From Epithemia pelagica (Eukaryota; Protista; Bacillariophyta), in the NCBI GenBank assembly GCA_946965045.2, contig OX337228.1:1178001-1242000 (forward strand): DNA of 64,000 bases. The letters are read 5' to 3'. Positions 1 through 11,541 of this stretch are shown here, in pieces. The notes beneath the pieces were generated by a model, which saw only the letters and a program-made list of their open reading frames with translations, was not told the DNA's origin and did not search any database. The translations under genes were made by a program, and so were the position numbers. How positions within the stretch are numbered: the first letter of the stretch is position 1; each line of letters opens with the position of its first letter.

Positions 1-1364
1 CCTTCATTGATGAGTTTGAGAAACTTTCGTTTCTCATGAGCGGACAAATTGGCATACTGGGCTTGGGCTTCCTCCGGTGTTTGCGATTGAGATTGGTCAT
101 CGTCTGTGGACAGGGTCCTGCCTCCAGGTTCGCGTTGTTTGGATTGCTCGTAGTCCGCCTTGGCTTTGCGTGCCATCGCCCCCAACAGAGCATTTTTTCT
201 TCGCATTGCCGCTTGTTCCTTGGCTCTACGTTCGACAGGATCGACAAATTCTACCTCGATCGCGGTCTGCTCATCCATATCTTGCTCTTGAAGATGTCGT
301 TGCGAGCTTCGACTACCCGACTCCGGTGGATCAGGTCGAGTCCCCGAGGAATCTTCATCATACGGCGGTTGGTCCTCTTCTTGATTTTGTTGTTGCAGTT
401 GTTGCACAGGCGTGTATATGGGTTTTTGAAATCGGCCTTGCACTTGGGAGGACGGTTGTTGATTGTATCCACATAAATCAGTGAGTGCCGTCAAGGTTTG
501 TCCGCAAAAACTAGATTCCTCGGGATCGGCCCTTGTTTCATTTTCGTGTTCGTCATCGGGAGCATCCGTTTCATCGTCAGGTCTGGTCGTGCTGTAACGT
601 CGAACCCCTTGATGAATGGCAATGGTCGCCATGCGCTCATCCCCCGGATGAGTGTCAGTCTCGTCGTCGTTCTCATCTTCGGCGGTTCGTTCCTCGTCGT
701 CGTCTTCGTCATCTTCATTGGCATCCAATTGTCCCCAAAAGTGTCGACCATGATCGTCTAGTTGCGCTACCATTTGATGGTCCTGCGACAATCGTTTAGC
801 GGGAGGATCCTCGGCCAACGAACGTTGAGGAGAAGGAGGGGGGAGTGGTTTTCCTTGCCAGGAAGAAGGAGAGGCGGTTGGAGAACGTCCTCGAGAACCA
901 CTTGCTTTGGAAGGTGACAAGGACGGCAAATCACCATCTTCAAAACTTTCCTCGTCATATTCTTGATATCCTGGTTGTTGTGCTTCGTCCTCTTCTTCTT
1001 CTTCCTCGTCCTCTTCTTCTTCCTCGTCCTCCTCTTCTTGGTCTCGGGAGCTTTCCTCATCTTCATCATTGGAAAGAATAGTGGCATTGGCGTTATTGTT
1101 GTTATTGTGCATTCGATTGGGATTTCCTTGCAGTGATCTTGTAGGGCTCGTTGTTGGAGGAGGCACCATCGACCCACTTCCCACACTATGAGAATCAATC
1201 CGCTGATCCCATGGTTCCTCATCATCGGTTCCCTCTTCTTCTTCTTCTTCCTCCATGACCATGTCGCTCCTACAATTGTCGTACAAGCCCCCTTGTCGTT
1301 GTTGTTGCTCCCTTCGCAGCAAGGAAGACGATTCGTCGTGGTTGTTGTCGTCCACGGCAATCAT
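1..1364 (-). CDS. Acidic, low-complexity hypothetical protein, truncated by the window start
   Basis: Minus-strand frame from ATG at 1364 (MIAVDDNNHDESSSLLRREQ...), with E/D-rich tracts (EEEEDEEEEEDEAQQP), reaching the window edge (...QYANLSAHEKRKFLKLINEG). Ends and sampled segments translated by hand without stops. Absent from the ORF track because there is no stop in the window. An upstream exon cannot be excluded. Confidence 0.7.
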   Translation of the reverse strand, partial: MIAVDDNNHDESSSLLRREQQQRQGGLYDNCRSDMVMEEEEEEEGTDDEEPWDQRIDSHSVGSGSMVPPPTTSPTRSLQGNPNRMHNNNNNANATILSNDEDEESSRDQEEEDEEEEEDEEEEEEDEAQQPGYQEYDEESFEDGDLPSLSPSKASGSRGRSPTASPSSWQGKPLPPPSPQRSLAEDPPAKRLSQDHQMVAQLDDHGRHFWGQLDANEDDEDDDEERTAEDENDDETDTHPGDERMATIAIHQGVRRYSTTRPDDETDAPDDEHENETRADPEESSFCGQTLTALTDLCGYNQQPSSQVQGRFQKPIYTPVQQLQQQNQEEDQPPYDEDSSGTRPDPPESGSRSSQRHLQEQDMDEQTAIEVEFVDPVERRAKEQAAMRRKNALLGAMARKAKADYEQSKQREPGGRTLSTDDDQSQSQTPEEAQAQYANLSAHEKRKFLKLINE

Positions 1365-3351
1365 TTGCAGACAAGTAAAGTGTGGAGAAAATGGATTCGG
1401 GCTGTTGTTGTTGTTCTTGATTCGGTGATTGCCGTCGTTCTCTTACGCGGGTCGGTAACTTCGTTCGACTCTCACGGAGCAACGAAATGGTCTAACTGTG
1501 GAATGTTACTGCTGTTGGGTGATTGGCGTTGAAGAATTCGGTGATCCCAAATCTGCCCGAACTCACAACGCATTCAGAAAACTATCTATTGTTGCGGTGG
1601 CGGATTTTGCGTCTCGATGCTCGAACGCTGCAAGAGACACAAACGAGGGTCCCTCTTCACTTTGAAACGAGTTGATTCGTTTTCTCCCTCCCACTGAAAG
1701 AACCACTCTCAATGACGGTTGGGGCAATCGTTGAGTGATCAGTTGGTTGGGTGTCCCCAGTCCCCAGTCCCCACTCCAAGATAGAAAAAGAAGAGCAAGC
1801 AAACAACCCACACACGACAGGACCAAGAAATGCAGCCAAAGAGAAAACGAGTGAGGTGCGTTTTCCAAGATAAAGACCAACTTTCACATAGAGAATAAAG
1901 ACAAAGGCTTAACAAACCAAGGATACATTTCAGTAGAGTATGATGAATGACAAGTCTATTTAAAATTTGACAAGCTCGTCTTGCGCGAGGAAGCACTTCA
2001 TTTCTTCTAACTCCTTGGCATTTGCCATGTGCCCGAGGATCATGATACTCCTGAGCCACCATGTGGGTTACTTTTCCAAAAAAATCTAAAGTATCATCAG
2101 TCCAGAGTGATAGGGAGACTCATTTTTCTAGTCCCGTATGATTCCACCAGTTGGAATCCTGAATCCGACGGAATTTGTCGCCAAACCCAACGGATCCATG
2201 GCACACTTTGTATTTATAGTAGAGGAGTAGGGGAAACATAAGATATATGCCCTCCTGGAAATCCACGGTTACTTAGAGGGTATGTAGAAGGCTTTGGTCT
2301 TGGTGGCCTCATCACAGACTGTACGGTCAACAGACAGTCAGTACGGTCTCATTTCTCATTTTTTGTCCAAGACTTGCTTCCACCACAACCACACACACAC
2401 ACACGGGTGCGCAAGGCAGATCTGGTACCAGTGGATTGGCGATGGATTCAACGATCCATCGGCAGGTGCGCGGCGCCGAGCGTATCCACAATGCAGGGGG
2501 AGAGTGGCTTCCTAGTTCCTCGAAACTCATCTCATTGTCGAATCCAAGCCGACTCTACAATATCATTGATGTGAAGATATCGACGGCCCAGGGCCCAGCC
2601 TTCAGATTGGATGTAACTTCCGGCCTACGACACCGTCATTGACACTCAATCGACTACAATAATTTTCCCTGTACATTCTCTTAGTCTTAGTCCTCTGTCT
2701 ACACTCTCTAGCTAGCTAGAGGGAGCTCGAAAGCCAGCTCTACCTGTTGCAAAGAACGTGTCTCGGTTTTCGGACACGCTGGCACGCCACACGACCGAGC
2801 GGCACACTGCACGAATGCGCCGGCCACGCCCATCGTGCGAGTCCGCCACGTGACATCCGTCTTCTCCCTTCTCCCTTTCTATCCAGCGTACAAGTGGTTT
2901 GAAAAAGTTTTGAAAACGCCGCTGTAAAAAGTATTTGAGGAGCGACTCCGCTCTCAAATTTTACTGTACGTTCGTCCCTAGTTGATGTAGATTCTGGTCC
3001 TCGCTGAGGCCATTCGTTGGATCGACCACCCGGCGCGAAACGAACTTCGACCGCTCAAACTTTGGACATGGTCACAGAGGCGCCTATTCTTTTCTCTCTA
3101 TAGAGAGGCCCCAACCAATGCTTCGCTGCTTTTTCTGGCGCCAAGAAGAGAGCGCAACGACAAGACACCCTCGGCGACAACAGAATCGAGAGAGAATCTG
3201 TCTCTTCTCTTTGAAAAAATAGAGCCTTGGTGCTTGGTGTGGATGGATCGATAAGGGCGAAGGATTGTTATTGTGTTGTCACCTCTCTCTGTTGTGGAGT
3301 TGTACTATTTTTGTGATTCGTGTTTTAGTTGTGCATTAGTGAAAGTATTGA

Positions 3352-5242
3352 ATGATTGTTGGAATCTCTCCAGCGAGCATCATGCAACAAGCCTTGCCAG
3401 TAAGTGGTGCTGGTGCGGATGTGGCAACAGGGGACGATGTGGGAGGTGGAGGGGATGGGGACGTTGGACCAACCCATCATCCACAACAACAACAGCAACA
3501 ACAACCCCCAATGCATCCGACCCATCCGAACGCTACTAGTGTGCCTCTGGTGGATCATCGACACATGATTCATCCACATCATATGAATGGTTACGTTGGT
3601 GCAGAGCATCAGCCCGACCCCTCCTTGGAAATGATCTCAAATGGAAGCAATGTCGTTGCACCCGGACCGTATCCGCATCCCAATGGCGAAGACGAATTAA
3701 CAATGTACACGCCACCAGCATCAGTTGGTACGGAAAACGAAGGAAGCGCAGCGGATATTGAAGAAGAACCATTGAAACTTTTTGTTGGCCAGGTATGTAC
3801 TCAGGTCTAGGAGAAGGACGGTTTTGTGTCGAGAAGATTTTGCTGATGTTAGGTATGTTTGGATGATAACGCAGGTCCCCAAAACAATGGGTGAGGAAGA
3901 CATTTTCCCCACCTTTGATGCCTTTGGTCCCTTGAAAGACGTGGCAATTATTCGTGACAAACACACTGGTCTCCATCGCGGATGTGCGTTTGTGACTTAC
4001 TGGTCGGCTAGTGATGCACATAGGGCACAGCAAGCTCTTCACGACAACTACACCTTCCCTGGAGCTCGGAGGCCAGCACAAGTTAAGCCAGCCGAACCAT
4101 CAGGTGAGTGCAACTAGTTGAGTCGCTTGGTATACCCGAGCGAGAGTTTGCATAAATCTCGTGCGTTTTTTCTTTCTATCTCACTCGTTTCTTTGCTATC
4201 TTTAGTTCCTGAAAACAAATTGTTCATTGGGATGCTTTCGAGGACAGCGGGCGAGGATGACGTTCGAGAGTTGTTTGAAGGCTTTGGTGAGATAAGAGAA
4301 ATCCATATGATTCGACTCTCGGATGGCACGTCGAGGTGTGCCGCGTTTTTGAGATTCGTCAAGCGGGAATCCGCGATGAAGGCCATTGAGACTTTGAATA
4401 ATACAATTGTAATGGAAGGGGCAACCAGGCCATTAATTGTTAAGTTTGCTGACAATAAGCAACAACGACATCAACGGCAGTTGCGTAACATTCGCAAACA
4501 AGAAATGATGTCCGTCGCTGTGGGAGGCGTCCCCCCTCCGTACCCACCCGCAGCCTACCAAGGAGCAGGGGGGCCGCAAATCCCATTGCCACCTTCAACC
4601 CCTGGTGCTTCTCCTGTTGCCGCTGGACCTGCCTATCCTCATCCTTCCATATCAGCCCATCACCCCGCTCATCACCAGTTTCCTCCACCGCCGTATGGTG
4701 GAGCTCCGCCTTATATGTATCCTCATGCAGCCTATATGCAGCCGACCTATGGACCACCTCCTCAACACCCACCGCAACACCACCAGCAACAAGATGGAAT
4801 TAGTTCTAGCAACCCGCGCCCTCGAGAAGGCCCTGCAGGCGCTAACTTGTTTGTGTACCATTTGCCGCATGATTTGACGGACGCGGATTTAGCAACTGCT
4901 TTTAACTCTTTTGGAAATGTCATCAGTGCCAAGGTTTATGTGGACAAGTATACCGGTGAAAGCAAAGGCTTTGGTACGTACAAAATGCATAAAAATGAAA
5001 CAAGTAGTCGAGGAAGGAGCTGACCAGTCCATTTGTCTTGTTGACCAGGTTTTGTCTCGTATGATTCCGTCATATCGGCCGAAGCGGCTATTGAGCAAAT
5101 GAATGGGTTCCAGATTGGAAACAAACGCCTCAAAGTACAACATAAGCGTGTTCATGGGATGAACCCGAATTTGCCAGTCCATCGTTCCAATCCTCCACCT
5201 CCACCCACTACATCTTCCGACGTGAGCACATCCTCTTCGTGA
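3352..5242 (+). CDS. CELF/Bruno-like (FCA-like) RNA-binding protein with 3 RRMs, 4 exons, ~543 aa
   Basis: Exons 3352-3792, 3875-4103, 4206-4973 and 5049-5242 joined by GT-AG introns give a continuous frame. RRM1 KLFVGQVPK...RGCAFV, RRM2 KLFIGML...CAAFL...[11 protein letters not shown]3 [14 protein letters not shown]...SKGFGFVSYD...RLKVQHKR are the hallmark CELF layout. Confidence 0.93.
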
Positions 5243-5496
5243 CGTGACGGGCACATCTCTGTTATTCTGTAACGATAGTAGTACCAGTATATATAATCAT
5301 ACACACGTTACTGTTGACGACCGATGGATGTATGGATCTACATCTAAAATAACTTCTATCACTTTCCATAGGTCACTTAAAACCGTCTTCAATAATCCAA
5401 GCCTACAATAGTAACATGGTGTTTGGGTGTTTTTGATAACCGTCATGGAAGGAACAATATTGTAATATGGCTTGTGGTCACACGAAGACACAAGTC

Positions 5497-8376
5497 TTAA
5501 CCTTCATCTTCAATATCCCATGCTTCTTGGGCAACATACGGTGTTTTCATAACCATCGTAGCTGGAACAACCTTGTAATTCTGCGACGACGCAGTGGTAA
5601 AGTTCTCATCTGTGGTGCCAATACAACATACATAACGTGGTCTTCCCTGCCGTTTGCCCATCATTGTTCCCCGCGCTACCATGGGTACAAGGCGAACTTC
5701 TTGAGCATCTTCATTGTAGTTTAGGACAAAGAAATACTGACCCAGGGAGGAAGTGCCCTTGATTGGTTTTACCACACGATTGTAAAAATGAGGCCGAGCT
5801 CGTGGATAGGCCTTCACTTTTTGTTTGCGTAGCTCTGCGGGATTTATACTCTTTGCCTTTTTGTTGGGCAACGGCGCAGAACTTGTGGAAAGCGGTTTGT
5901 CGTTAGGTCTTCTTATTGGTCGAGGGGAAGACGGTGAAGGATAGGCCTGAGGTAGCGTTTGTGTCGCTTTCCGCTTTGGCAATTGACGAAGTTTGGTTGA
6001 GTCTTCAACACGCTTAGAACTCTTGCTGACTGAAGTGAAACTGCTCCTTCCTTCGCCCGCAGTCTCGGATAAATAAGTTCGGGTGAATCTTCCATCGGTT
6101 CCCCGAACTGAGTAATAAATTCGGTCACCTTTCTCCGACGTGGAAGTCCGTTCACTTGGATTTTCATGTTTCGGAGTGATTTCGTCTTGGACACGATGCG
6201 AAGCTGTTTTATCATTCAAAGCTGTGACAGTTGGTGTTCGTGTACTCAATGAAGGAGGCTTTGTTTGCTCATCCATTGTTGTCTCTCCACATGACCGAGG
6301 ACTCAATGGCTTGGGGGAAACAGGGACAACACTTAATGACCTGGATTGATCTGTGATTATTTTCCGTCTCTTTACCGGAGGTGTTTTAACCTCGGACAAA
6401 GAACTTGCCCTCCGTTTCATCTTTCCATTGGTTGATGGATGTAACGACTGGCCATTCGTTGGGCGAAGCTGAGGGGATAGGATCTCCAGCCCAGGAACTA
6501 CCACTGATGCAGAAGTTGCTGATTTTCGGATGGTTTTCTTCTTCACCGCTGGAGACGAGTTCGCGGACAACGGTGTTGCAGAGAGTGAGGAAGAGCGACG
6601 TTGCAACGTCTTGGAGAACACGGAAGATCCATTTGCACTTGTCAGTTGTTCGATAAGGGGTTTGGTTTTAACAGCAACTGACATCATGGCATCAAGAAAC
6701 GACGCTCTTCGATTTTGTTCCTTGGAACAAGAACTACACTTCTCTGGTACGTTTTCCCTCGATTGCTCATCATTCAGATTGTTATTTTCACCCGAAAGAT
6801 TAAGACACATCATGTAACTTGGTCCACCGTGCATTTGTAAACTTGCATCCGATTCGTTGGCATGTGTCCAGTGACGGTATCCCACTATTGGTGGTTCATC
6901 TGGAGCCATGGCATCACTCGTAGTTGTCTCTTTTGGCTTCTCATCCGATTCCATCGATTGTGGTGCAGAGGAAGGGTCCGTTTCCGATGTGGTCTTGTCA
7001 TCGGATGCACCGTCCACAACAGGAGTCTCTACGGAGTTTTCCTCCCTATATTCGCTGAGATTGTCTTCCCTTCCGTTTCTTGTTGGTGCTGTATCAGTTG
7101 GAGCTTGTACTTCGTCGATACGCCGTTCAGCCTGCGGTGGTTCTGATGGTTGGATTTCTGTAACCAGCGAATGGGGCTTTTGTGGCTTTTTCTGTCCCTG
7201 CCGAGGTTTCTTTGCTGCCGGCTTTTTGTTAGAGTGGTAACGGCATATTGCTCCAACACGCACAAATCCAAACTTTTCGTAAAATGGACGACTGGACTCG
7301 GTTGCCTGCAACACAACAAATTTGTATTGTTTCTGTGACCGAATGTCGTCCAACGCCATGCGCAACAAGTACTCTCCACATCCCAGTCCGCCAACCAATC
7401 CAATTTCGGCAATATTTTCAAAAATGATTCCACTGATTAAGGGATCTCCTGTCCTCGGCAAACTTTCTAGCGCCTTTGCCAACGAACCGTCACGGTCCAC
7501 AAAGTCGCCAGAAACTGAGTCCATGCCACTTTGAGGGTGTAACGAGTCCCAGCGGAAATAATGAGTCCAGGTAGTGAAGTTAGTCCACATAAGAAATCCT
7601 TGCAGCCATCCTCCCACAGCGTGTCTAATTTGATAACCATTCAATGGATCATCGATATCGACTCGATCGGATATGTAGTCTCGCGATAGAGGAGCAGGTT
7701 GTTTGGTTGGTTTTTTGCTGCCAGGGGTTAAAAACCTGTTATCCATCGTGGTTCGGCGACGGGCAGCGGTGGTGCAAAGGGCTGTCATTTCCAATATTGA
7801 ATCTTCCCATTCAGACCTCTTTGAGGGAACCCAAACAAGACTACTACAGTTGAGAAACGGTGGAGGTATTGGGTCACAATCATTGCACGAGTTACTCTTC
7901 GTGGTCGTCTCAGTTGTCTCGTTTTGAGACAGCCGTGAGGACCTCCGAGGCTGGGACGAACTTAGGTGAAGATTGTTTTCGTTCGGATTTTCATTCTCTT
8001 GTTGGCGTTGCAACCGTCTACCAAAATACAACAGAAAATCTTTGTTTCGTTCCACAAATGGTACAGTTTGCATGTCATAACGAACCCGAATCCGAGCCAG
8101 CGGTACCTCTCTCTTCCCTTGCTTGTCTCTATTCGATCGACGTGTCTTCTCTTCGATCTCTTCCTCCGTCGATGAAGCACAAAATAACCCCTCGCTTGAA
8201 TCCGAGTTCATCAGTTCTGGATGAACAATTCTGCTACGCCTTGGCGGGGCTCCAACGAACTCATCCACTATGTACAACTGGTAATTGATCGCAAACGTAA
8301 CATTTCTTTGCACTGAACGTATATTCTCAGTGTTACTGTCTTCAATCGAAGGGTTCGATTCTGCTTGTGGCGGCAT
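5497..8376 (-). CDS. GNAT-fold acetyltransferase-like protein, 959 aa
   Basis: Single ORF. The segment EIGLVGGLGCGEYLLRMALDDIRSQKQYKFVVLQATESSRPFYEKFGFV matches GNAT motifs A/B (FYEKFGF). The rest is largely disordered, with a globular C-terminal domain. Confidence 0.8.
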   Translation of the reverse strand: MPPQAESNPSIEDSNTENIRSVQRNVTFAINYQLYIVDEFVGAPPRRSRIVHPELMNSDSSEGLFCASSTEEEIEEKTRRSNRDKQGKREVPLARIRVRYDMQTVPFVERNKDFLLYFGRRLQRQQENENPNENNLHLSSSQPRRSSRLSQNETTETTTKSNSCNDCDPIPPPFLNCSSLVWVPSKRSEWEDSILEMTALCTTAARRRTTMDNRFLTPGSKKPTKQPAPLSRDYISDRVDIDDPLNGYQIRHAVGGWLQGFLMWTNFTTWTHYFRWDSLHPQSGMDSVSGDFVDRDGSLAKALESLPRTGDPLISGIIFENIAEIGLVGGLGCGEYLLRMALDDIRSQKQYKFVVLQATESSRPFYEKFGFVRVGAICRYHSNKKPAAKKPRQGQKKPQKPHSLVTEIQPSEPPQAERRIDEVQAPTDTAPTRNGREDNLSEYREENSVETPVVDGASDDKTTSETDPSSAPQSMESDEKPKETTTSDAMAPDEPPIVGYRHWTHANESDASLQMHGGPSYMMCLNLSGENNNLNDEQSRENVPEKCSSCSKEQNRRASFLDAMMSVAVKTKPLIEQLTSANGSSVFSKTLQRRSSSLSATPLSANSSPAVKKKTIRKSATSASVVVPGLEILSPQLRPTNGQSLHPSTNGKMKRRASSLSEVKTPPVKRRKIITDQSRSLSVVPVSPKPLSPRSCGETTMDEQTKPPSLSTRTPTVTALNDKTASHRVQDEITPKHENPSERTSTSEKGDRIYYSVRGTDGRFTRTYLSETAGEGRSSFTSVSKSSKRVEDSTKLRQLPKRKATQTLPQAYPSPSSPRPIRRPNDKPLSTSSAPLPNKKAKSINPAELRKQKVKAYPRARPHFYNRVVKPIKGTSSLGQYFFVLNYNEDAQEVRLVPMVARGTMMGKRQGRPRYVCCIGTTDENFTTASSQNYKVVPATMVMKTPYVAQEAWDIEDEG

Positions 8377-9193
8377 GTTCTATCATGCTTTCAATATGGC
8401 TATTCAATCAATCGTGCGGTGAAGCAACGCTTCGGCTTGTTTCGATGGAAGCCCCGACACACACAAAACAGGGAAAAATGACACAGGTTTCACCGTAGAG
8501 AGAAGAAGCATATCTTTTGCTGCTCTATCTACACCCCTTCGTCCGAAGTGCTGTGATAGACTGCGTTACTTCGAAGAGGTCAGTAATCTGTATGGGGAAG
8601 GCACGCTCCCGTAGAATCACGACTGATGAGGTGTTAAGGGGTGATAAGATCTCAAATCTCAACTCGCGTCTACTGTTGTACTCATAGAGCTAATAGGAGT
8701 GTTTACGGATAGTAACCCCTATTGTACCATGAGCGTCACTTAGCCAAAGTCCAAGTGGGAAGGATCTAATGCTACTCCAAGGTAGATCGCTTCAATGGTG
8801 TGACCATCTCGACTATGCTGATAAAAAGAAGTCGATGGACAGTTGACCTACTCTCTAGAGACATAAGCTTGCAAAATGCAAAATACAATAATTCGCCCTG
8901 GATATCGAAATATTGTCCGACTGAATTGCTACCCTCCCAATAAACATCGAATCCTCCACAGAACCTGGGAGTAAGGGATAATGATGAATGATATGAATCG
9001 GCTTTATCGTTAGCATGCACAGCCTGGAGTCACTGTAGTCAGCAGTCATATCCCTCTGTTTATTTCTTCCACAGCATCATTGCTTGTCTGTGCAAGCCGA
9101 CACTGTCGACGGTACCGTGATGTATAATCGTTTCTAAGCATTACGTTGTTTCTATCCAATTAAACATAAAAGATATGATGTCAGTCCTGGTGA

Positions 9194-10720
9194 TCAATCC
9201 GAATCATCGTCAAAGTCCAACGCAGCAAACATATTCCCCCCGCCCTTTCCAGTGGTCCCACCCTGCTGAGTCACTACTTTCTTATCCATTGCTTGATTGG
9301 CACTGTTCTTGTTTGCCAGATCTGTGGACGGTCGAACAGCTTCCTGGCTCCCTTGATGACTCGGAGAGTCTCCTCCCTTTCGATGATCACGTCGTGTATT
9401 ATGCGGCTGTTTCGAAGAACCATCACGTCTTCCCCTCCCTCGTCCACCGCCACGTTCAGGATTGTGGCTATTATAATGTCCTCTGCCACCACCTCGTCCA
9501 TTGTTCTGATGGCCCCGATACTCGTCCTTATTAGAACTACCACGTCCACCGTCTATTGTCGTAGAGTGACGATGATGGTGGTGGTGGAAGTCGCCGCCGC
9601 GACCACCTCGCCCACGGCCTCGTCCTCCACGTCCACCATGGTGTCGATGGGAGTCAGTCTCCTCCACACCGCGTCCACCCCCTCGTCCCCGTGGAATGGA
9701 CCGCCGCTCCGCGTCATTGTGGGCGTGGTGCCGCGAAAGGGAATCACCTTCTGGTTTAGGATCCGAGGTACTTTCCGTTCCTCCACCAGTAGCTTGTTCC
9801 GCATTGGAACTATCCGCGGGAGGAGTTTCCCCGTTTGTGTCTGCTGTCACATTGGAATCCACACCAGCACTCTTGACACTTTTTCTCTTCTCATAAGCCT
9901 GTTCGTCTCGAGCCTTGCCCGATCCAAAAATACTGCTACTGGTACCAGCACTTGTTGCTGAATCTGTTGGTTTGGTTCGAGGAGCCAATCGCAGACTGGT
10001 TCGTTCACGAGGAGGAGATTGTTCCTGTTTCTGATTTCGTTGAGGACGATTTTGGTTGTACTTTCCAGCACGAAAACTGGAACCATCCGGGAGATTGGAA
10101 ATATTGTTGGAACTTCCGCGTCCATACCTGGTATCGCCGTGTTTGTTGCGATTTCGTGGTGAAGTGGACGTATCAAACTGAATGTTCCGTCCGGCTAAAT
10201 AAGCTCCAGGTGTTTCGTTAAGTTCCAAAATGCTTTTCAGCATATCGAGGGTTTCCAGTTGGACGTAGGCGAAGCCCCGATGTCGCTGTGAATTATGATG
10301 ATCAAACATAATCCGGGCTTCTGTCACAACTACTTGTTGACCCAAGTGCGTGTGTGCTAGCTCAATCAACCGATGGGCAAGATCTTCAGATTCCATAATA
10401 CTATACGAAAGATTTCCAACGAAAAGGGTGAAGGGCGGTTCCGAGGGAAAGTCGTATGTACGACGACGAGTTTCCGGTTCTTCAGTCTCGAGGTTGGGTT
10501 CCTGGGTCGCATCGTTACCATTTACTTGTTGTTGTTGCGAACTGGTTGCCGCGGCAGCGTCAGCTCCTTGCGCCTGCTCAACCGATTCGACAAATTGCTG
10601 GATTCCCTCCTCTTCTTCCTTTTTAAGTCCGTTGTCCTTATTGTCCAGGCTCTGATCGTCGTCATCTACACCGACATCCTCCTCATCTGAACTGCAGTGA
10701 TCGGCCCAATTTTTCACCAT
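9194..10720 (-). CDS. eIF4B/eIF4H-like translation initiation factor (RRM plus RGG-rich tail), ~508 aa
   Basis: ATG at 10720 (MVKNWADHCSSDEE). RRM PFTLFVGNLSY...RGFAYVQL; eIF4B-type linker RTSLRLAPRTKP...SSIFGSGKARDE; RGG boxes; C-terminal NMFAALDFDDDSD. Confidence 0.78.
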   Translation of the reverse strand: MVKNWADHCSSDEEDVGVDDDDQSLDNKDNGLKKEEEEGIQQFVESVEQAQGADAAAATSSQQQQVNGNDATQEPNLETEEPETRRRTYDFPSEPPFTLFVGNLSYSIMESEDLAHRLIELAHTHLGQQVVVTEARIMFDHHNSQRHRGFAYVQLETLDMLKSILELNETPGAYLAGRNIQFDTSTSPRNRNKHGDTRYGRGSSNNISNLPDGSSFRAGKYNQNRPQRNQKQEQSPPRERTSLRLAPRTKPTDSATSAGTSSSIFGSGKARDEQAYEKRKSVKSAGVDSNVTADTNGETPPADSSNAEQATGGGTESTSDPKPEGDSLSRHHAHNDAERRSIPRGRGGGRGVEETDSHRHHGGRGGRGRGRGGRGGDFHHHHHRHSTTIDGGRGSSNKDEYRGHQNNGRGGGRGHYNSHNPERGGGRGRGRRDGSSKQPHNTRRDHRKGGDSPSHQGSQEAVRPSTDLANKNSANQAMDKKVVTQQGGTTGKGGGNMFAALDFDDDSD

Positions 10721-11541
10721 ACTTTTGGAGTTCAAAAACTAAGCGTAAACCAAGCCTGACAACTCAACAAGGGTCTTTTCTTCTTTGTCGCTTCTGAAAT
10801 TCCGGATTGCCGTTTCAGGCACAAAACCAGCCAAGCGGGGGAAAGGATACGGTGACCTGTTCGTTTGGAGGCTGTGGCGTATTTTTATTTTTCGTGAAAC
10901 AAACCAATCCAATTGATCGAGGGACCAACAGAACGTGCGGCGATCTTGTAGAAAAGATTTTTCCAGGTCAAAAGTGAACCGAAGAGACGAAATCTGAGAG
11001 GAGCTTCCAATTCGAGACTGCTTTCCTTTCTTTTCTTTTGTGCTTTCTCTTTGGTCAGATCTCCCAGCGCGAAAGTTGTCTTCCTTGTTGTCTCTCGTGT
11101 CCTCTCCTCTGCCTTTTGTTCTTTCGGAGAACGTTGTGTTTGTGCGCGTTGAATACAGACCAGCAGCCGCGTTGCCACACACACAGAAAAAAGTGCAAAC
11201 ACGCAAGACTGAGCCGATAATTTTACGATATATGAAAAGAGTAAAATATGTCTTTTGCTCCCGACAACCCCAAACTCGATCGTATTGTACTGATCATTCT
11301 ATAGAAAATCGGTTTATGAAAAAGAAGCGGACACCACCGGACACCGGGCACACCCAAAATTAAATGGTTTTTCCTTTTGTCTGATGAACAATTTGTGAGA
11401 ACGACAGTCGCATTGGAAAATCCAATGAGAGTCGTCATTGATCATTGATCCCATGGATGCAGGAATACAATAATAGAAACAGGGATATAGAATGAATCTA
11501 GAGTATCCAACCATTAGGAACGAAACGCAGACATTTTGAAA

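Noticed and set aside
8615-8700. C-box-like TGATGA as a C/D snoRNA
   Set aside because: No D box (CTGA) or terminal stem at a plausible distance.
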